Part shown: piece after piece, positions 7,825-12,022 of the stretch
Layout of the letters: each line of letters begins with the position of its first letter
Numbering within the stretch: position 1 is the stretch's first letter
Position numbers and translations under genes: made by a program
NCBI GenBank assembly: GCA_031366795.1
Contig: JANLOX010000297.1
Span: 1 to 12,022 of the forward strand
DNA length: 12,022 bases
Origin: Candidatus Eiseniibacteriota bacterium
GTDB lineage: Bacteria > Eisenbacteria > RBG-16-71-46
Reading direction: 5' to 3'
The notes under the pieces: model-generated
Seen by the model: only the letters and a program-made list of their open reading frames with translations
Databases searched by the model: none
Told to the model about the DNA's origin: nothing

Positions 7825-8801
7825 CGGCCCACCTGCTCGGCGCTGGACAATAAAGAATCCGGGACTTTCAATCCGAGTGCTCTGATGGTCTTCATGTTGA
7901 TCAGAAAGTCGAACTTATTCGGCCGCTCAATGGGTAGGTCGCCGGGCTTGGCGCCGTCGAGGATCTTGGCCACCTGAACGGCATTGCGTTGCACCGTCTC
8001 GATCAAGTTGGGGCCGTAGGTGATTGCACCGCCTGCCTCGGCGAACCCTCGCTCGAAGGACGTTGCTGGCAGCCGATACTTCAGCGCCAGGTCGGCAAGT
8101 TTCGCACTATGCGTGAAGGTCATCGGCGAAGGCAGGATGAGCAGCGCCTGAGGCCGACCGCGAAACGCGGAGAAGGACTTGTCGAGATCGTCCGGCACAC
8201 GAACTTCGTGTACCTCCAGGTGCAAGCCTAAGGCCTGTGCGGCGCGTTGAACCGCTTTCAGATGCGTCGTCCCCGGCGCCGGATCCCATAGGATTGCGAC
8301 TCGTTGCAGACCGGGCACGATGGCTTTAAGCAGCTCCATCCACTTGCCGGCAAAGTCCGGCGCATCGAGAAACACCCCGGTAAGGTTCTTTCCCGGGCGA
8401 CTGTAGCTCACCGCATAGCCGGCCGCCAGAGGGTCGTTCGTATAGTCCATGGCGACGATCGGAATCCTTGTGGTCGCCGCATAGGCGGCATGGGCGGCCG
8501 GCGCGGAGACCGCATAGATGACATCGACCTTGAGCCGGACCAGCTCTTCGGCACCATCCTTGAATCGCATACTCTTCCCGCTAGCAAAGCGGTATTCGAG
8601 CGCCACCTCTTTTCCCGGCGCCCAGCCCCGCTCGATGAGTCCCTGGGTAAACGTCGAGTGCCACGCCTGTGTCTTCGTAGCCTCGCTCAAGAGCAGTATC
8701 CCCACGCGTGGTACCTTCGCCTGCGCCCAGCTCTCGCCAGACCAAGCCCCTGCCGTAAGCACGGCCACGGCAAGCATCACCAGGTACCTCGGTAGGTGCA
8801 T
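7821..8801 (-). CDS. ABC substrate-binding protein (PF04392/COG2984-like, subfamily B), first gene of the array
   Basis: 326 aa; signal peptide; DYTNDPLAAGYAVSYSRPGKNLTGVFLDAPDFAGKW, KILDGAKPGDLPIERP; divergent C-terminus SAEQVGR; G-rich RBS (AAAGGGGGG). Confidence 0.92.
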   Translation of the reverse strand: MHLPRYLVMLAVAVLTAGAWSGESWAQAKVPRVGILLLSEATKTQAWHSTFTQGLIERGWAPGKEVALEYRFASGKSMRFKDGAEELVRLKVDVIYAVSAPAAHAAYAATTRIPIVAMDYTNDPLAAGYAVSYSRPGKNLTGVFLDAPDFAGKWMELLKAIVPGLQRVAILWDPAPGTTHLKAVQRAAQALGLHLEVHEVRVPDDLDKSFSAFRGRPQALLILPSPMTFTHSAKLADLALKYRLPATSFERGFAEAGGAITYGPNLIETVQRNAVQVAKILDGAKPGDLPIERPNKFDFLINMKTIRALGLKVPDSLLSSAEQVGR

Positions 8802-8896
8802 CAGTCCCCCCCTTTCCCAGCCCAGATCAAGACGCCGTGACGACCATACGCGAGTTTCGGGTGCGCTGCGCGCGCTTCGCGGTGTCCGCGTGCGCG

Positions 8897-10396
8897 CTAC
8901 GCTACAGACGCAATCCCCAGCCGCCCCCCCTTGCGCGCACGTTCCGCCTGAATCTTCTTGATCATGTCCTGCGCCGCCGCGTCGCAGTAAGGCACGCGGC
9001 TCAAGTCGAGCACGGTGCGAGCGGTAAGATCGCTGCGCAAATGCTCGGCGAGCCGATCAAGCGATGCGTAGAACAAATTTCCGGTGACGGCGATGCGTTC
9101 TTCATCGCCCTCGTGCGATATCGCCAGATTCACTTTGGAAACGCTGGCAACGAAGAAGCCAAGGGAGGCCACTACCGCGACGAGAATGCCAACGTCAAGC
9201 CCGAGAAAAATCACCGTCAGCAGCGTAATAAGGAGCACGGCGCCTTCGACGCGGTTCAGCAAATGTCGAATCTCGTTGCTTTGGATCATGCCCACCCCGA
9301 CGAGGGCCATGACACCGGCGATGACCGGCATCGGCAGAAAGACCAGGACGGGCCCTAGTGCCCACGCGATGAGTACCACGGCGCATGCCGCGATCATGCC
9401 TGCGAGCGGCGTGCGCGCACCCATCTCAACGGCCACGCTGGTACGATTGAAACTGCCAGACCCGGCGAACGCGGAGAAGAACGGACTCAGCGCGTTCGAA
9501 ACGCCTTGCGCGAAGACTTCTTTATGCAGATTCAGATTGCCAGCGACGGGCGTCTTGAGATCGCGAGTGATGACTAGAGATTGTGCCAGACCGAGCACCG
9601 CGATGGCGATCGCGTTCGGCACCACTTGCTCCATGAAGAGCCAGTGTTGCGGCCCCAATCGCGGCACGTTCAGCGGCAGGGCTTGCATGGTGACGTGGCC
9701 CAACAGTTCCAATTGAGATTGAACCGGTCCGAGCAGCGCATAGATCATCCCGCCGGCCAGGCTTCCGATCAATACGGCGCCGATAATGTAGCTGCGTGGC
9801 CAGCGTCTTCTCAGCAGCAGGCCGGCTGCGATGGTGATACCGCTGATCGTGGCCGCGTACGGGTTGACAAGGTCTTGCCACGAAGCGAGAGCGACATAGA
9901 TCTTCTCGTAGAAGAAATTTACCGACAGCGGTGACAGGCCGAGCGCCCCTTCCACTGCGGAGGTGATGAGTAAAACGCCGACACCCACTTTGATTCCCGC
10001 GATCGCCGCCGGACTGAAGTAGCGGAACATTGCCGCGCCACGCAGTAACCAGATGCACAGTTGAATCAGCCCCACCATGAGACTCAACGTCAGCACGAAT
10101 TCCGTGTAAAGCGGGCTGCCGCGGCCGGCGAACGGCAGCACCGTCACCCCGAGGAGAATCGCCACTGCCGTGTTCGGGCCGCCCATCATCGGCGAGTTGC
10201 CGAACAAACTTGCCAGGAAACCCACGAAGACCGCGCAGTACAGCCCGTATTCAGGGGCGACGCCGGCAAGGTAGGCGAACGTGATGGCCTGCGGAATAAC
10301 CAGCAGAGCGCCGGTCAATCCCGCAACCACTTCGCGGCGCGTATCTACTGACCGCCCCCAAGAGAAATCGGGTAGCGCTTCGCGTAACAAGCTCAT
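8897..10396 (-). CDS. SulP/SLC26-family inorganic anion transporter with short C-terminal STAS domain
   Basis: 499 aa, many hydrophobic segments; AGLTGALLVIPQAITFAYLAG..PEYGLY, GPN, GSGSFNRT, GARTPLAG; STAS-like GNLFYAS and VLDLSRVPYCD. Confidence 0.92.
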   Translation of the reverse strand: MSLLREALPDFSWGRSVDTRREVVAGLTGALLVIPQAITFAYLAGVAPEYGLYCAVFVGFLASLFGNSPMMGGPNTAVAILLGVTVLPFAGRGSPLYTEFVLTLSLMVGLIQLCIWLLRGAAMFRYFSPAAIAGIKVGVGVLLITSAVEGALGLSPLSVNFFYEKIYVALASWQDLVNPYAATISGITIAAGLLLRRRWPRSYIIGAVLIGSLAGGMIYALLGPVQSQLELLGHVTMQALPLNVPRLGPQHWLFMEQVVPNAIAIAVLGLAQSLVITRDLKTPVAGNLNLHKEVFAQGVSNALSPFFSAFAGSGSFNRTSVAVEMGARTPLAGMIAACAVVLIAWALGPVLVFLPMPVIAGVMALVGVGMIQSNEIRHLLNRVEGAVLLITLLTVIFLGLDVGILVAVVASLGFFVASVSKVNLAISHEGDEERIAVTGNLFYASLDRLAEHLRSDLTARTVLDLSRVPYCDAAAQDMIKKIQAERARKGGRLGIASVA

Positions 10397-10421
10397 CGCA
10401 CCACCGACGACGCCGGCTCGG

Positions 10422-11252
10422 TCACGGGCTTGCTTTGCCGGTGATCCTGGAAAGGCGATGGTAAATCCTCTCCGCGAGTTTCTTCAGAAGCCCGTCGCGC
10501 GGATCGAACGGACGGTGCTGGAGGTTGAGAAACGCGGCGACATCGAGCGCCTCCTGGTGAATGAGGCTGCGCTCTTTGCCCATCGGCATATTGGCCCAGA
10601 TGAATCCGGCGAGTCGCTGGACATTGTTGAGTCCGGCGCCGGCGTTGTAGGAGTTCAGCCCCCACACCGGCGGGATCGGACCGCTGCCTTGACCGTTGGC
10701 GCCATGGCAAACGGCGCACTCGCGCTGGTAGACCACCTGGCCGCGCGGGGGGTTCGGATCCGAGCCGGTGTCCGGCAAGGTGGGCACGCCCCATCCCTTC
10801 GGCGGACGGCCGATCACTTCGCCCACGGAAAGGTGATTGATGTACGCCGCAACGGCCTGAACCTCGGCGGATTCCTCCGGCGGCATGACGCCGTTCAGGC
10901 TGTACAGGAAGCAGTCGCGGATGCGCAGCCCGATGCCGTTGCGTACCCCGTTTTTCGCGCGCCACTTTGGATACACCCCGGCGACGTTAAGCGGAAACCC
11001 GTCCGGCTGCGTGCCACCTTTCAAATGGCAACTGGTACAGCTCAAGCCGTTACCGGCGTAACGCGCGGCATACCGGTTGGTCTGCATCACGATGTTGTAG
11101 CCGAAAACGACATTGCTCTCGTAGTCGTCGAGTACTGTGCGTGCTTTTAGCTCCTCTATCGTCGGCCGCGCGAGTGCCGCGGGCGCACAGCCGAGCAGGG
11201 TAAGGACGCAGAGGATGACGAGCGATGCTCTCTTAGTGGATTTGGGTCGCAC
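10422..11252 (-). CDS. tsdA: Periplasmic diheme cytochrome c, TsdA (thiosulfate dehydrogenase/tetrathionate reductase)-like
   Basis: 276 aa; signal peptide; two CXXCH motifs (CTSCH, CAVCH); YPKWR; RIRDCFLYSLNG with a Cys at the heme-ligating/catalytic position; PPVWG.NSYNAGAG; FIWANMP. GTG start with GGAGG RBS. Confidence 0.8.
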   Translation of the reverse strand: MRPKSTKRASLVILCVLTLLGCAPAALARPTIEELKARTVLDDYESNVVFGYNIVMQTNRYAARYAGNGLSCTSCHLKGGTQPDGFPLNVAGVYPKWRAKNGVRNGIGLRIRDCFLYSLNGVMPPEESAEVQAVAAYINHLSVGEVIGRPPKGWGVPTLPDTGSDPNPPRGQVVYQRECAVCHGANGQGSGPIPPVWGLNSYNAGAGLNNVQRLAGFIWANMPMGKERSLIHQEALDVAAFLNLQHRPFDPRDGLLKKLAERIYHRLSRITGKASP

Positions 11253-11340
11253 ACAGACCTCCCCGGCCGTGGCTACCCGCGGCCATCAGCGGCGCCCAAC
11301 GCGCAAATGACGACGGGCGCGATTCTTTGTCCTTGCAGCC

Positions 11341-12006
11341 TCAGCCGGCAAACAGGTACGTGCAGCCGTGCGCGACCGCGCCCTGACACGCGACTACGCC
11401 GGAGGGCGCGTGGGCGATCCCGGGCAGCACGGCAGCATTCCAATCGGCCTTGATGTCCTCCTGCTTCAGGCCCCTTTCTTTTGCGATCAAGCCGGTATAG
11501 AAGTGTATCGCCATGTCGCAGGCGATCACCCTCACACCCCGGTCGATCAGTTTTTGCATCGCCATATCCGGAAGGAACGGCTCGCTCATTTTCAGGTAGT
11601 AGGGATTGCGCACAGCCGGCTTGCCGGTTTCCGGATCGTCGATCTTGAAATACTCGCCGAGCTTGTATTTCTCCCAGGCTGAATCGTCGAGCGCGACCGG
11701 AATCGCATTGTGGCGAAGCACTATCGCTGCGCCCAGATCGCTCTCTGGGACCCCATAAGCCTGGGGCGCGGTAAACAGAAATACCCAAGCCCATGCCAGC
11801 GCCATACCGCCGTTGGGTTCGCGCATGTCAAGAACCACCCGGTGTTTGCCGGAGATGCTTTCCAGCCAGCGGGTAAAGTCGGTGGACGGGCCTTGTGCCG
11901 CCCCCGCATTCGCCATGGGTAAGGCAGCCGCCGCTCCAACGGTGGCAATAAGAGCAGCGAGACCCAGAAAATCGCGGCGATCAACTTGAACCGTAGTGGC
12001 TTCCAT
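11341..12006 (-). CDS. Twin-arginine-exported protein with probable DsrE/DsrF-like fold
   Basis: 221 aa; Tat motif DRRDFLG plus hydrophobic stretch; KHRVVLD, IVLRH, LIDRGVRVIACDMA and PSGVVA resemble DsrE-like proteins; RBS GAGGAG at 12018-12013. The CDS is solid; the fold call is less certain. Confidence 0.7.
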   Translation of the reverse strand: MEATTVQVDRRDFLGLAALIATVGAAAALPMANAGAAQGPSTDFTRWLESISGKHRVVLDMREPNGGMALAWAWVFLFTAPQAYGVPESDLGAAIVLRHNAIPVALDDSAWEKYKLGEYFKIDDPETGKPAVRNPYYLKMSEPFLPDMAMQKLIDRGVRVIACDMAIHFYTGLIAKERGLKQEDIKADWNAAVLPGIAHAPSGVVACQGAVAHGCTYLFAG

Positions 12007-12012
12007 ATCACT

Positions 12013-12018
12013 CTCCTC
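12013..12018 (-). promoter_or_regulatory. Ribosome binding site for the Tat protein
   Basis: GAGGAG 6 nt upstream of the ATG at 12006. Confidence 0.7.
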
Positions 12019-12022
12019 ATGT

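Noticed and set aside
404..8801. CRISPR-like or diversity-generating-retroelement reading of the ~1 kb periodic repeats
   Set aside because: The repeats are degenerate protein-coding paralog segments; there is no repeat-spacer structure, cas gene, reverse transcriptase or evident adenine-specific TR/VR pair.
108..8961. Recurrent plus-strand ORFs (e.g. 108..590, 287..610, 1649..2341, 5347..5649, 5657..6331, 6030..6626) that resemble each other (ITSSARNRID..., LGGLEID...)
   Set aside because: They are antisense shadows of the SBP genes; their mutual similarity is explained by the conserved minus-strand coding sequence at high GC.
11253..11340. Two short GC hairpins between the Tat gene and tsdA
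   Set aside because: Stems are only 5-6 bp, have no U-tract and are expected by chance at this GC content; not called as terminator or riboswitch.
8837..12020. Long alternative ORFs over the sulfur genes (10281..11150 +, 10393..10965 -, 9084..9716 +, 9522..10058 -, 11273..11794 -, 11721..12020 -)
   Set aside because: They overlap well-supported genes, show no recognisable motifs and have composition typical of off-frame GC-rich translation.

Overview
GC-rich bacterial window with every credible gene on the minus strand. In transcription order: a Tat-exported DsrE-like protein, a TsdA-like diheme cytochrome c and a SulP/STAS anion transporter (a probable periplasmic thiosulfate/sulfur module), followed by a tandem array of at least nine ABC_sub_bind (PF04392/COG2984-type) substrate-binding protein (SBP) paralogs. 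The array has six intact copies, one doubly frameshifted copy, one internally deleted copy, and one copy that runs off the left edge and is missing from the ORF track. No permease or ATPase is present in the window. An MntA/HepT (type VII) toxin-antitoxin pair splits the array into two blocks with the same layout (two subfamily-B copies, then subfamily-A copies). Array genes are joined by 4-nt (A/G)TGA overlaps, and the conserved C-terminal 'EVI' codons form a Shine-Dalgarno-like GAGGTGAT for the next gene. Family calls come from motif recognition only; no searches were run.
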